From: Prochlorococcus marinus subsp. pastoris str. CCMP1986
Lineage (GTDB): Bacteria > Cyanobacteriota > Cyanobacteriia > PCC-6307 > Cyanobiaceae
Length of the DNA stretch: 32,000 nucleotides
NCBI RefSeq assembly: GCF_000011465.1
Contig: NC_005072.1
Span: forward strand, 810,001 to 842,000
Direction of reading: 5' to 3'
Part shown: piece after piece, positions 18,956 to 30,100 of the stretch
How positions within the stretch are numbered: the first letter of the stretch is position 1
Layout: every line of letters starts with the position of its first letter
The notes under the pieces: model-generated
Seen by the model: only the letters and a program-made list of their open reading frames with translations
Databases searched by the model: none
Told to the model about the DNA's origin: nothing
Made by a program: the position numbers and the translations under genes

Positions 18956-19204
18956 ATGATTAATATTATCTCATTTTTGTTATCCTCTGTGCTTTGGGTA
19001 CAAGTTCCTCAATGGTCGGATGATTGGTCCAAATGTGCTGTCGATGTCCCTGATTCTTCATGTCATTGGTACATAACAGCCCCAGATAATACATTTGGAG
19101 ATGGATTTGACTGGGCAAGCGCCCCTTGGTTTGACGCTAACGGCTTGAGCGATGTTCCTAGCATCGAAAAGGAAACAGCTCTTCAAAAGCTGCAAATAAA
19201 GTAG
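18956..19204 (+). CDS. Hypothetical secreted-type microprotein, Trp/Asp-rich
   Basis: 82 aa: MINIISFLLSSVLWVQVPQWSDDWSKCAVDVPDSSCHWYITAPDNTFGDGFDWASAPWFDANG... . Short hydrophobic N-terminus followed by a polar Trp-rich region with 2 Cys. Confidence 0.5.
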   Translation: MINIISFLLSSVLWVQVPQWSDDWSKCAVDVPDSSCHWYITAPDNTFGDGFDWASAPWFDANGLSDVPSIEKETALQKLQIK

Positions 19205-19323
19205 TACTGTCTTTAAGGCAGCACATCATAACTTAAACTTAAGTTATATCAAGGTCTTTTGAATAAAAAATTAGGACTGGACAAACAAAGGACAATAAAT
19301 AATAGAATTAGTATGTATATATT

Positions 19324-19613
19324 GTCTTATATAAGATTCATCAATAGACTATTCATAAGTCCAGGATAAGATTAGTAATACTTTAAAAAATTTTTATTCA
19401 ACTCTTCTACATAGGAAGGGGTTGGGAACTGTGTTTTATTAAGTCTTATATAAGAATTTTAATACAGCCTTTTTTTAATAAATATGCATCATTTGATATG
19501 CATTTCTCATAAAAGCAAGAATTACTTAGCCAGAAATATTTTATTTAATATTAAATCTTTTAAGTCTTATTTAAGACTTTTATTTAGACCTGCTTCAAGT
19601 CTTATGTAAGATT
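19324..19613. repeat. Cluster of four interrupted palindromes, core GTCTTAT-N-TAAGA
   Basis: gtcttatataagatt (19324), agtcttatataaga (19442), aagtcttatttaagactt (19562-19579, perfect 18-nt palindrome), aagtcttatgtaagatt (19597-19613). Confidence 0.75.
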
Positions 19614-19620
19614 ATTAATA

Positions 19621-20634
19621 CTATTGTCTATACATATTTTTAAGTAATTGATATGCATCATTTAATTTCCTCATCTCATCAGTAGATCCACCAGAATCTG
19701 GATGGGTTTCTAAAGCTTTAATTTTATATGCTTCTCGTATTTTATTTAATGTATGTGCTGACCCCGCGGCGGTGGATAACTTTAATAATTTTAGAGCTCC
19801 ATGAACAGTCATTGTTGAATCAAGTGCTTCAAATGAATTTCCTTTATTTTTTCTTTTAAACCTACTTATAAATCTTCTTACTAATGTTGGGACCCTATTT
19901 ATTAAATCAGATGTTGCAAATGGATCTTCTAATACACCTATCATTAAAATAACTAACTCTAAGGAAGGAGTTTGTTTTATCCAAAAAGGGCATAAATCCG
20001 ACATTAATTTATTTGCAGCACTCCAAGTGAATGGCAACTGCTCGGTTCCATCAATATTTGGCCAAATATCTATACAAAACCAATCAATAGATGCTTCTAC
20101 TACTTGTTCATTTGGAATTGATCCATATAGGTTTTTCCAATGGCTTATAATTTCAATCCGACATTTAATTAAATCATTTTCCTTAATTGTATTAATTTGA
20201 ATATCATTAATTTTTTGTTTTGTCTTTTCAATATTTATACTTCTTCTCAGATTTTTAACTTTTTTTCCAACAAAATTAGGTAGGTTGATGTTTAAGTTTG
20301 GTTTTTCAATAACTTCTTTATTATTTAAAAGAAGTTTTTCTTCGGATTCTTTACTATTACTCTCATCCTTATCAGATTTAATAAGGACTAAAGCACTCTT
20401 TTCATCAAAGTTAGAGTATTCATTAATATCCCCCTTTTCGCTGTAATCAATTGTCTGTTGTTGACTTTTAGGTAATAATTCTTCTTCTTGAAGAATTTCT
20501 GTAAGCAACTTTTCTATTACAGGACCTCTTGCTCTAAAACCCCATTCTTTTCGTAATTGATCAAACCTAGAAACTAACTCTTCTGGCAAATCAATTGAAA
20601 TTCTTTTTGTATTTGAATTCTCAGAATTACTCAA
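19621..20634 (-). CDS. Protein with N-terminal ribbon-helix-helix and C-terminal J-domain-like region
   Basis: N-terminus TKRISIDLPEELVSRFDQLRKEWGFRARGPVIEKLLTEIL (CopG/NikR-type RHH). C-terminus IREAYKIKALETHPDSGGSTDEMRKLNDAYQLLKNMY (HPD-containing J-domain). Confidence 0.8.
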   Translation of the reverse strand: MSNSENSNTKRISIDLPEELVSRFDQLRKEWGFRARGPVIEKLLTEILQEEELLPKSQQQTIDYSEKGDINEYSNFDEKSALVLIKSDKDESNSKESEEKLLLNNKEVIEKPNLNINLPNFVGKKVKNLRRSINIEKTKQKINDIQINTIKENDLIKCRIEIISHWKNLYGSIPNEQVVEASIDWFCIDIWPNIDGTEQLPFTWSAANKLMSDLCPFWIKQTPSLELVILMIGVLEDPFATSDLINRVPTLVRRFISRFKRKNKGNSFEALDSTMTVHGALKLLKLSTAAGSAHTLNKIREAYKIKALETHPDSGGSTDEMRKLNDAYQLLKNMYRQ

Positions 20635-20777
20635 TTAATCTTTTTTTTTATAATAGAACAAAAATATTAATTGTATTCATATTATGAAAGTCTAAATAAT
20701 TATATTGTCTTTAAATCAAAATCTTGCTTTTTATAAGTCACGTCTCAACAAGATAAATTTTTATAATAAAAATAAAA

Positions 20778-20954
20778 ATGTTTTACTGTAACTTTAAATC
20801 CTCAGAAGAAAAAAAGTCTTTTTATCAAAAAAAGAAATTAGAAATGCTTAACTATATCAAGGATTCACTTGAAAGAAAAATTGCATCAGTAAGTGCTTCA
20901 ATAGAAGTTCTAGAAAATCAAATTTCCAGAGACAAAGTTGAAGTTAGTAATTAA
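20778..20954 (+). CDS. Hypothetical coiled-coil-like microprotein
   Basis: Hand translation: MFYCNFKSSEEKKSFYQKKKLEMLNYIKDSLERKIASVSASIEVLENQISRDKVEVSN* (58 aa). Confidence 0.5.
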   Translation: MFYCNFKSSEEKKSFYQKKKLEMLNYIKDSLERKIASVSASIEVLENQISRDKVEVSN

Positions 20955-20957
20955 TTT

Positions 20958-21788
20958 TCAGACAAAATTTTCAAGAAGTTTCTCTGGTCCATATTTCTTT
21001 AAATAATTAATATTAGATTTTTCTGTGACTAGTAAGTATCCTGCAAAACCCAACCCATTAACACTAAAGCCATGGACGTGATCATATTTTCTTTTAATTA
21101 TGGCTATCCAATTATTTGTAATTAAAATATTGTAAGGAAATCTTGGTTTTTCATCATCAATTGGATTTCCTAAACCAATTTTGTTTGAAAGTTCTAAGTA
21201 TAAATTATAAATATTTATTGAATTATTTAAAAAGTTAAATTTTGAGACAACAGTATTTTTCTTAAGCTTGCTATCTTGATCATTATTATTTTCAAAATCT
21301 AAAAACCACTTCTCTCTTGGACAAATAATTTCACCATGATCTCTTCTTAAAAGCTGAAAATGCCTATGAGGTTGACTTGCTCCTGCTATGGGAGAACTAT
21401 TAAAAAACCATAGGCCACTTGTATCTTCATTTACCATTTGTATAGCTATCCAATCATTAATATCTAACCATCCATCTTGAGGTCTCCAAGTATTTGTTAT
21501 TAGTAAAATATGACCTTTTTGTACAGGATATTTATTTAGTATTAGTTGATGATTAGTTCCAACTTTGTCAACTTCAAGTATCTTATCCCATGGGTTAAAT
21601 GGATTCTGATTTGGACCATAATTATTTTTTTTCGTAAATCTTGAAGTATCAAGTTCTCTAATTATAAAATCATTTTTATTGTAATATTCCCTAGTTACAA
21701 CAGTCGTTTTTAAAGGAAATAAGCCGTTATTGGTAATAGATAAATGAGTTTGATCTAATGCTTTAACCCAATATTTTTCATTTCTCAT
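20958..21788 (-). CDS. ATP adenylyltransferase / Ap4A phosphorylase-like protein
   Basis: NPFNPWDKILEV, HQLILNKYPVQKGHILLITN and IAGASQPHRHFQLL motifs of the HIT-superfamily Ap4A phosphorylases. Confidence 0.85.
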   Translation of the reverse strand: MRNEKYWVKALDQTHLSITNNGLFPLKTTVVTREYYNKNDFIIRELDTSRFTKKNNYGPNQNPFNPWDKILEVDKVGTNHQLILNKYPVQKGHILLITNTWRPQDGWLDINDWIAIQMVNEDTSGLWFFNSSPIAGASQPHRHFQLLRRDHGEIICPREKWFLDFENNNDQDSKLKKNTVVSKFNFLNNSINIYNLYLELSNKIGLGNPIDDEKPRFPYNILITNNWIAIIKRKYDHVHGFSVNGLGFAGYLLVTEKSNINYLKKYGPEKLLENFV

Positions 21789-21845
21789 TTATATAAATAG
21801 AAATAAAATCTCATAATCATTTTAAAAAACATAATTAATTTGGAA

Positions 21846-22238
21846 TTATTTTTTATTAAATTGATATTCTTTTAATTTTTCTAACGATACAGATTCTAAA
21901 ACTTTTATATTTGTTGCTTCTAAAATAACCATAGGTGCTAAGCCATCAAGCAATGCCTGTCTCCACCTATCTAAACAAATACACCAATGATCTCCATCCT
22001 TCAAGCCTGGGAATGAATACATTGGCATAGGTGTTATTAAATCATTACCTTGAGACTTACTATATTTAAGGAAATTATCATCCATTATGCAGCAAATTGA
22101 ATGATTTCCTCCATCATTTGAATCGTATTTGCAATATCCATCTCGAAACCAACCTGTAAGAGGTTTGCAACTGCATACCTCGAGCTTTTGTCCTAAAACA
22201 TTTAAATGTTCATTATTTTTTTGACTTTCTTTATTCAT
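21846..22238 (-). CDS. DUF2237 family protein
   Basis: NVLGQKLEVCSCKPLTGWFRDGYC...GNHSICCIMDDNFL...GDHWCICLDRWRQALLDGLAPMVILEATN. Confidence 0.88.
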   Translation of the reverse strand: MNKESQKNNEHLNVLGQKLEVCSCKPLTGWFRDGYCKYDSNDGGNHSICCIMDDNFLKYSKSQGNDLITPMPMYSFPGLKDGDHWCICLDRWRQALLDGLAPMVILEATNIKVLESVSLEKLKEYQFNKK

Positions 22239-22346
22239 TTTTAGATAATTTATTTAAATAATAATAAATACTCATACATTTCTTAAAAAAGGGTTGACGA
22301 ATATGGGGGGTAAAGAGGTAATAATTTTAATAAGGTTTTTTTCATT

Positions 22347-22568
22347 ATGGATTGGGACTTCACTGAAAACATAGCATTTAAATCCCTAATTGAAGCTTTT
22401 AAAGAATGTGATGAAACATCAGCAACTGAATTCTTGGCGAGTGATGGGGCATCATATTATTTAGAATTAATTCAAGACGCTGCGGGTGATGGCATCGATA
22501 TAAGTGATTCTGAAATTATGGAAGAACTTCAAGAAGAAATTATAGATTATCTTGAAAATAATCTATAA
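22347..22568 (+). CDS. Hypothetical acidic small protein
   Basis: 73-aa ORF MDWDFTENIAFKSLIEAFKECDETSATEFLASDGASYYLELIQDAAGDGIDISDSEIMEELQEEIIDYLENNL. Confidence 0.65.
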   Translation: MDWDFTENIAFKSLIEAFKECDETSATEFLASDGASYYLELIQDAAGDGIDISDSEIMEELQEEIIDYLENNL

Positions 22569-22608
22569 TCTATTATCTATAATCTATAATGTATAATTTA
22601 TAATTTAT

Positions 22609-25600
22609 TTAGGCACTAAAATATTTTGCTTTTGAATGAAGTGAAATTATAGCAGTAGTACTTTGTTCAGGATGTAATTGCTCTGATTCATCCATTGTTA
22701 AATTAATCCTTTTTGTATCCAATAATGATAACTGTATATTTGAATCAGAAACTTTAGGACAAGCTGGATAACCAAATGAGTATCTAGCTCCTCTATATTT
22801 TTGAGCTAATATATCACGGTTATTGTTTGGCTCATATGATTTAAATCCGCATTCAATTCTTACTATTGAATGAACATATTCTGCAAGAGCTTCTGCTAAT
22901 TGAACGGTTAAACCATGAAATATTAAATAATCACTATATTTATCAGCTTTAAATAATTCTTGGGAATATTCGCTAGCTATTTCCCCCATTGTTACTGCTT
23001 GCATTGGAAATATATCTACTGGATCATTATTTTTAAGATCACAGTAAAAATCTGCAATACAAAGATTATTTCCCGATTTTTGTCTAGGAAAGTTAAATTC
23101 AGAAATTCTTTTATTTGATACATTATCAAAGAGATAAATACTATTATCATTCCTCCCGCAACGGAAGTAGCCATAGACTACTTTTGGTGAAATTAAGCCT
23201 TTATCTAAAATAATATTAATCCATTTTTCAAGTAATGGATTTGCATATGAATCTAAATAATTATTGTATTCTTCTACTGATTGACCTTTATTTTTTTTAA
23301 TTTGCCATTGACCACTAAATAATGCTTTTTTATCTAGATAAAAAATTAGTTTGTCAAAGTCTATTTCAATATCTTGAAGAACTCTAGTTCCCAAAAATGG
23401 AGCCTTTATAGGTTCCTCTTCCTCTACAAAATTAGATCTATTAAAATTCTCAATTAATTGAATACTTTTGGTTTTTTCAAAATTTTTATTTAAATTTTTA
23501 TCTTTAGCGGAAGACCTTGGGGAAGCTAATTTAATTTGAATATCATCAGTATTAGTAAAACCATTTTCATTAGACCAATTGCCCTTCTTTTTACTATCCA
23601 TATAGTCATTCATAAATTGTAAATCTGTAAAAGCATCTTTCCCATACAAAATTTTACCTTTATATATCTGACTACAATCTTCATTCACAAATTTTGGAGT
23701 TAATGCTGCACCTCCAAGAATAACTGGAACATTAATTTCAGCATTGTTAAATGCTTCTAAATTATCCTTCATAAATGCTGTAGATTTAACAAGTAAACCA
23801 CTCATAGCAATACAGTCTGCTTTATGTTTTTTTTGTGCATCAATAATCGCTGAAACATCTTGCTTAATTCCAAGGTTGATTACATCAAAACCATTATTTG
23901 AGAGAATTATATCAACTAAATTTTTACCTATATCATGAACATCTCCTTTAACAGTTGCTATTAGTAATTTTCCGTTAGATATTTTTTCATCTACTGTTTC
24001 CATATGAGGTTCAAGCACTGAAACAGCAAATTTCATTGTTTCCGCTGATTGCAATACAAAAGGTAATTGCATTTGGCCGGATCCAAATAGTTCACCGACT
24101 ACTTTCATTCCATCTAATAAATAAGTATTAATTATTTCAAGTGGTTTGTACTTTTTAAGCGCATTATTTAATTGTTCTTCTAAACCTATTTTTTCCCCAT
24201 CTACAATATGGTTTTTAAGTTTTTCTTCTAAGGTGAGGTTTTTGTTTGAAGTAGATCCTTTTTTAAAGTCACTGATTGTTATATCTTGGAATGCTTTTGT
24301 TAGTTCAACTAATGGATCATATATACATATTTCATTTTCGAAATTTCTTCTGTCATAAATTAAATCTAAACATAATTTTTTTGTTTCCGCAGATATTTTT
24401 GAAAGAGGCAATATTTTATTTGGTGCAATAATCGCTGAATCTAATCCTGCCTTTATACATTCATCGAGAAATATTGAATTTAGATTAATTCTTGATAATG
24501 GTGAAAGCCCGAAACTAATATTAGATATCCCTAAAATAATATGAATATCTGGAAAGCTTTTTCTTATTTTTGATATAGCTTCAATAGTTGCTTTAGCATT
24601 TAATCTATCTTCTTCAATTCCAGTAGATATTGGCAATGCTAGAGGATCAAAAAATATCTCATAATCAGCGAGGCCACTTGATCTAGTTTTAATTAATGCT
24701 CTTTTTGCAATGTCATATTTTTTCTGTGATGTTCTTGCCATTCCATCTTCATCAATAGTTCCAATTACTATTCCAGCACCATAATCTAATGCAAGTCTTA
24801 AGACCTGATTAAATCTGTCATCTCCATCTTCGTAGTTTGTTGAATTTATAATGCATTTTCCTCCTACAGTCTTTAATCCACTTTCCATTTTATCTGCTTC
24901 TGTTGAATCTATCATTAATGGAAGATTTATATTTGTAACTAATCTTGAGGTAATTTCTTTCATATCTTTAACTCCATCTCTTCCTACATAATCAACATTG
25001 ACATCTAGTATGTGAGCATTTTCTTTTTGCTGTTGTTTAGCAATTGATAGCAGGCCGTCCCAATCATCTTCATTTAGTAATTCCCTTACTTTTTTTGATC
25101 CACTAGCATTTAAACGTTCTCCAACTATTAATATTGAGTTATCTTGTTTATATGGAACTGCGTTATATATAGAAGCTGCTGAAGGAACAAAATTTGTTTT
25201 TACAGTAGGAAGTCTTTTATTTATTTTTTTATCAACTATTTCCTCAATGATTGATGATAAATGCTTGATATGTTCAGGAGTAGTACCACAACATCCGCCA
25301 ATAAGTTGTACGTTAAAATCATAAATAAAGTTCATTAACTGCATTTTCAACTCCAATGGAGTTAATTTATAGTGAGCAACACCTCCTATATTTTCAGGTA
25401 ATCCTGCATTAGGTATACAACTAATTGCAAAAGGTGAATTTTCAGCTAAATACTTAATATGTTCTTTCATTTGAACTGGACCAGTTGCACAATTCAGTCC
25501 CAGAATATCAATATTGTATGGCTCTAATATTGTTAATGCAGAAGCTATATCTGACCCGACAAGCATCGTTCCTGTGGTTTCCATAGTTATGGATATCATT

Positions 25601-26169
25601 ATTGGTAATTCAATATTCCTGTTTTTAATAACTTCTTGAGAAGCAGATAATGCTGATTTTATTTGTAAAACATCTTGGCATGTTTCAATCAATAGAAGGT
25701 CAATACCTCCGTCAATTAGACCATTTATTTGTTCTTCATATGAATCTTTAAGCTTATCAAAACTAATATGACCTAATGTTGGTAATTTTGTAGTTGGCCC
25801 AATTGATCCAGCGACAAATCTAGGAGTATTAATAGATGAAAATAAATTTGCACATTTTTTAGCTATCTGAGCTGCTTTTTTATTGATTTCATAAGCTTTA
25901 TTAGAAATACTATATTCGTCTAAAACAATAGATGAAGCACCAAATGTATTGGTTTCAATTACATGACAACCTGCTTCAAGAAATGAATTATGTACTTGTT
26001 CAACAGTATTAGGAGAGGATAGAACTAAGTTTTCATTGCAACCCTCTAAATCATCTCCACCAAAATCATGTGATGATAAATTTAAATTTTGAAAAGAAGT
26101 ACCTGTCCCACCATCGAAAATAATAATTGGTTTATCATCTCTATTTAAATAATTTCTAAATGAAACCAT
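22609..26169 (-). CDS. metH: Cobalamin-dependent methionine synthase
   Basis: Homocysteine-binding module (GGTGTSF..., [10 protein letters not shown]), pterin-binding module ([13 protein letters not shown]), B12-binding [17 protein letters not shown] and SAM activation domain at the C-terminus. Confidence 0.97.
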   Translation of the reverse strand: MVSFRNYLNRDDKPIIIFDGGTGTSFQNLNLSSHDFGGDDLEGCNENLVLSSPNTVEQVHNSFLEAGCHVIETNTFGASSIVLDEYSISNKAYEINKKAAQIAKKCANLFSSINTPRFVAGSIGPTTKLPTLGHISFDKLKDSYEEQINGLIDGGIDLLLIETCQDVLQIKSALSASQEVIKNRNIELPIMISITMETTGTMLVGSDIASALTILEPYNIDILGLNCATGPVQMKEHIKYLAENSPFAISCIPNAGLPENIGGVAHYKLTPLELKMQLMNFIYDFNVQLIGGCCGTTPEHIKHLSSIIEEIVDKKINKRLPTVKTNFVPSAASIYNAVPYKQDNSILIVGERLNASGSKKVRELLNEDDWDGLLSIAKQQQKENAHILDVNVDYVGRDGVKDMKEITSRLVTNINLPLMIDSTEADKMESGLKTVGGKCIINSTNYEDGDDRFNQVLRLALDYGAGIVIGTIDEDGMARTSQKKYDIAKRALIKTRSSGLADYEIFFDPLALPISTGIEEDRLNAKATIEAISKIRKSFPDIHIILGISNISFGLSPLSRINLNSIFLDECIKAGLDSAIIAPNKILPLSKISAETKKLCLDLIYDRRNFENEICIYDPLVELTKAFQDITISDFKKGSTSNKNLTLEEKLKNHIVDGEKIGLEEQLNNALKKYKPLEIINTYLLDGMKVVGELFGSGQMQLPFVLQSAETMKFAVSVLEPHMETVDEKISNGKLLIATVKGDVHDIGKNLVDIILSNNGFDVINLGIKQDVSAIIDAQKKHKADCIAMSGLLVKSTAFMKDNLEAFNNAEINVPVILGGAALTPKFVNEDCSQIYKGKILYGKDAFTDLQFMNDYMDSKKKGNWSNENGFTNTDDIQIKLASPRSSAKDKNLNKNFEKTKSIQLIENFNRSNFVEEEEPIKAPFLGTRVLQDIEIDFDKLIFYLDKKALFSGQWQIKKNKGQSVEEYNNYLDSYANPLLEKWINIILDKGLISPKVVYGYFRCGRNDNSIYLFDNVSNKRISEFNFPRQKSGNNLCIADFYCDLKNNDPVDIFPMQAVTMGEIASEYSQELFKADKYSDYLIFHGLTVQLAEALAEYVHSIVRIECGFKSYEPNNNRDILAQKYRGARYSFGYPACPKVSDSNIQLSLLDTKRINLTMDESEQLHPEQSTTAIISLHSKAKYFSA

Positions 26170-26193
26170 AATTTAAAAGAAAAAAAATAAAAA

Positions 26194-27108
26194 TTAACTA
26201 ATATCAATGCGTGTTATCCAATCATCATAGTCTTGTGAACGGCCTTCCGTTATTTCGATAAGCTTATTTTTCAATTTTGTCATTATGGGACGATAATTAT
26301 TAATATTTGTTGATTCTATTTGCTTTACAGGTGTAATTTTAGCTGCTGTACCAGTTAGAAATACTTCATCAGCAATAAGTAATTCTGTTTTATCAACAGG
26401 TCTTTCAATAACATTTATACCAAACGATTTCGCCAATTCAATAACACTAGCTCTAGTAATTCCTTCTAGGATGTCTTGATCAACTCCTGGAGTAATCAGT
26501 TCACCATTTCTTACTATAAATAAGTTCATTCCACTAGCTTCACTTACTTTACCACTAGAATTTAACAGCAATGCTTCGTCAAATCCTGATAAACTAGCCT
26601 CTGTTTTGGCTAATGAACTGGTAATGTAAGCACCGCTTATCTTACCTCTTAAAGGTAGAGATCTATCTTCTTGTCTTGTCCAACTACTCATCCTACAAGA
26701 CACACCATCGGGAGATAAATAGTCTCCTAGTTCAATACAATAAATGAAGAAATCAGTTTCTATATTATGTAATCTTGGAGCAATACCTAAATCACTTGTA
26801 TAAACAAAAGGCCTTATGTAGATCGGTTTTGAAGGTTTATTTTTTTTTAATATTGTTTTTAGTGCATTAAATATATATTCTTCAGATATTTCTGTTAAAA
26901 GCAATCTTGCACTTTGAGATAACCTTTTTACGTGTTTATCTGTTCTAAATAAAAGAAATTCATCCTTATTAGATGGATTTGGAATAGCTCTCATTCCTCC
27001 AAAGGCTGCTGTTCCATAATGAAGTGCATGAGTTGCTATTGACACTTTTGCATCTTTAAAGGGTATACACTTACCTTCAAACCAGGCATATGGAAGAAAT
27101 TCTTGCAT
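26194..27108 (-). CDS. ilvE: Branched-chain amino acid aminotransferase
   Basis: ALHYGTAAFGGMRA, IRPFVYTS, SGKVSEASGMNLFIVRNGEL, LTGTAAKITPV. Confidence 0.95.
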   Translation of the reverse strand: MQEFLPYAWFEGKCIPFKDAKVSIATHALHYGTAAFGGMRAIPNPSNKDEFLLFRTDKHVKRLSQSARLLLTEISEEYIFNALKTILKKNKPSKPIYIRPFVYTSDLGIAPRLHNIETDFFIYCIELGDYLSPDGVSCRMSSWTRQEDRSLPLRGKISGAYITSSLAKTEASLSGFDEALLLNSSGKVSEASGMNLFIVRNGELITPGVDQDILEGITRASVIELAKSFGINVIERPVDKTELLIADEVFLTGTAAKITPVKQIESTNINNYRPIMTKLKNKLIEITEGRSQDYDDWITRIDIS

Positions 27109-27179
27109 ATTTTATTTTAGAAATGAGTTAAAATTGTTCTAACTTACTTAAGTATTCTAAACCTAATTGTTATATATAA

Positions 27180-30100
27180 ATGCATAGGATATTAAATATT
27201 GCTGGAAATGAAAATAATAACGTTGATTTAATTGAACATCCTAAAGCTGATTTTATATTTATCACAAGCGTAAAAGCTGATATTAATATAATTTCTGATT
27301 TAATTGAAGATAAAGAATTTCTTTTATTCCAGGATAATTTTAGAGCATTAGAAATTTCAAACCTAAATACATTCGCACAAATAGATAATTATTTTTTAAA
27401 AACAATAAATTATGCAAAAATAGTTGTTTTAAGATTGTTTGGTGATAAAGGGACATGGAGTTATGGACTTGAACAATTAATAAAATGGAAAGAAGTAAAT
27501 CTTAATAAGACTCTTTTAATTCTTTCTGGAACTGATGAAGAGGATTTATCACTAAATGAATTAAGTAGCGTAGATTTAGATACTTCATTAAAAATTAGTA
27601 AACTTCTTAAGTCAGGAGGAAAGGAGAATTATCGAAGATTTCTTTATTGTTTAAGTTATCTATCATCTAATGAAACTAATATTCCACAAAAATATATCTC
27701 TAACGTCAGTTATCCAGATCCTTATCAATATGATTGGAAAAATGAAAAAGGATTAAAGGTTGGAATAATTTCTTATAAATCATTGTTTTTAGCTAATGAA
27801 ATTGAATTATCAAATGAATTAATATCTCAACTAAGGTGTAATGGTTTGTCACCTAAAACAGTATTTATTTCAACTTTAAAAAATTATGATGTTCAGAAGG
27901 AATTGATTAATCTTTTTAAAAAAGAAGATATAAGACTGCTAATAACAACTACCTCTTTTTCTTCCTCGCTTAATAGTTCTAATGAAAATATAGATAATAA
28001 TTTGAATATCTTTAAATCACTTAATCTTCCAATCCTTCAAATACTCTCTTCTAATAAATCCAGAAATAATTGGTTGCACTCATCAACTGGAATGAATCCA
28101 ACAGATTTGTTAATGCAAATAATTATTCCAGAATTTGATGGACGAATTACAACAAAACCTTGTGCTTTTAAAGAGGTTATTTCTGTAAATAGAACCTTAT
28201 GTAGCAAAATTACAAGTTACAAAGTTGATTTTGGAAATATTAAATGGATAACAAAACTTACAAATAATTATCTAAGACTAAATAATTTAAATAATTTTGA
28301 TAAAAAGATATCATTAGTAATTGCAAATTATCCTGTAAAAAATGGAAGAATTGGAAATGGAGTCGGTTTAAATACTCCGCAGTCTGTCCTTAATATTCTT
28401 TATTGGTTAAAAAATGAAGGTTATGATCTTGGTTCTGGAGAATTACCTAAAAATTCATCAGAACTAATTTCGTTACTTATAAAAACTAGAACAAATGATA
28501 TTGAATCTCAAAATAATAAACCTCTTGATTTTTTATCATTAAATGAATACTTAGAATTTTGGAACAAACTATCCCTTAAACCTAAAAATCTTATCGTTGA
28601 TAGATGGGGTATTCCATCTAATTCTCAAGATTTAGAAAAACAAGGTTTTTCGATTAATGGTCTTTTATTTGGAAAAATATGTTTACTAATTCAACCTCAA
28701 AGAGGTTACGATATTGAATCTAATAAAGATATACATTCTCCAGATCTACCACCACCCCATAGATATCTAGCCCAATATTATTGGATTGAAAGTAAATTTG
28801 ATTCGAATGCTATTTGTCATATAGGTAAACATGGCACTATTGAATGGTTACCAGGAAAATCTATAGGACTTAGTGATGAATGCTTCCCGAGTATTATTTG
28901 TCCACCAATTCCAAATATATATCCATTTATTGTTAATGACCCAGGAGAAGGATCGCAAGCAAAAAGGCGAACTCATGCAACAATAATTGATCATCTAACA
29001 CCTCCTTTAGATAGATCTGATTTGTATGGAAAACTCTCGATTTTAGAAGAATGTTTAGACGAATACTATGAGGCTAAGTTATTAAATTCTAAGCGAATAA
29101 ACATTATCGAAAAATCTATATTAGAAATTATAAAAAATGATTTTAAAGATATTATATTTTTTGACGAATCAAATAAAATTGAAAAGATTGACTCATATCT
29201 ATGTGAACTAAAAGAATCACAAATAAGAACTGGTCTTCACATTTTTGGAACTAGACAAAAATTTATAAATGAAATTAATTTAATCATAAGTATTGCAAGA
29301 GTTCCAACTTCAAAACGTAGTGGGATAATCCAATACATCGCTTCAAATCTTAATTTAGATTTAGATCCATGGACTAATAACTATGATCAAGTTCTTAGTG
29401 ATAACGATAAAGAAATTATTAGTAATTATTCAAAAGATAATATCAATAGCTTTAGAAGAGCATTAGAATTTATAGAAAATCAAGCAAAATATTTAATTTA
29501 TCATTATTTTTACAAAGACCAAATAACTCTAAATGAATTAGAAATATTAGAAAATAAAAATATATTATTATTATTTAATGTAGGTAAAAAACATAAAGAT
29601 TTTTTTAATCTAATTCATAAAGAAATATTAGAACCTATAGTTAAATCGACCATAAATGAGAAGGCATCATTTATAAATGCTTTAAATGGAATATATGTAA
29701 GTAGCGGACCATCAGGAGCTCCAACACGAGGTAAAACTGAAGTTCTACCTACAGGTAAAAATTTTTTTTCGATTGACTCCAGAGGCTTACCAACAGAATC
29801 GGCATGGATTGTTGGATGTGAATCAGCTTCTCAAATAATTGATTTATATAAACAGGATCATGGACAAGACCTTAAAAAATTAGCAATTTCTGTATGGGCT
29901 ACATCTACAATGAGAAACGGAGGGGAGGATGTTTGTCAAATATTGTATTTACTTGGCGTAAAACCCATTTGGGATGGTCCTTCTAGAAGAGTCATTGATT
30001 TAGAAATAATTCCTTTAAGTATTCTTAATAGACCAAGAGTTGATGTTACTTTAAGAATCTCGGGTATGTTTAGGGATGCATTTCCTCAATTAATATCTTT

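Noticed and set aside
19324-19613. CRISPR-like array
   Set aside because: Repeats are short (13-18 nt), few, and unevenly spaced (about 120, 120 and 35 nt). No cas genes are nearby.
23744-24358. Plus-strand ORFs 23744..23938 and 24146..24358
   Set aside because: Both are antisense inside metH with no recognisable domain or initiation context.
26110-27180. Cobalamin or SAM riboswitch near metH, ilvE or cobN
   Set aside because: The gaps upstream of metH (24 nt) and between ilvE and cobN (71 nt) are too short, and I saw no B12-box-like sequence.
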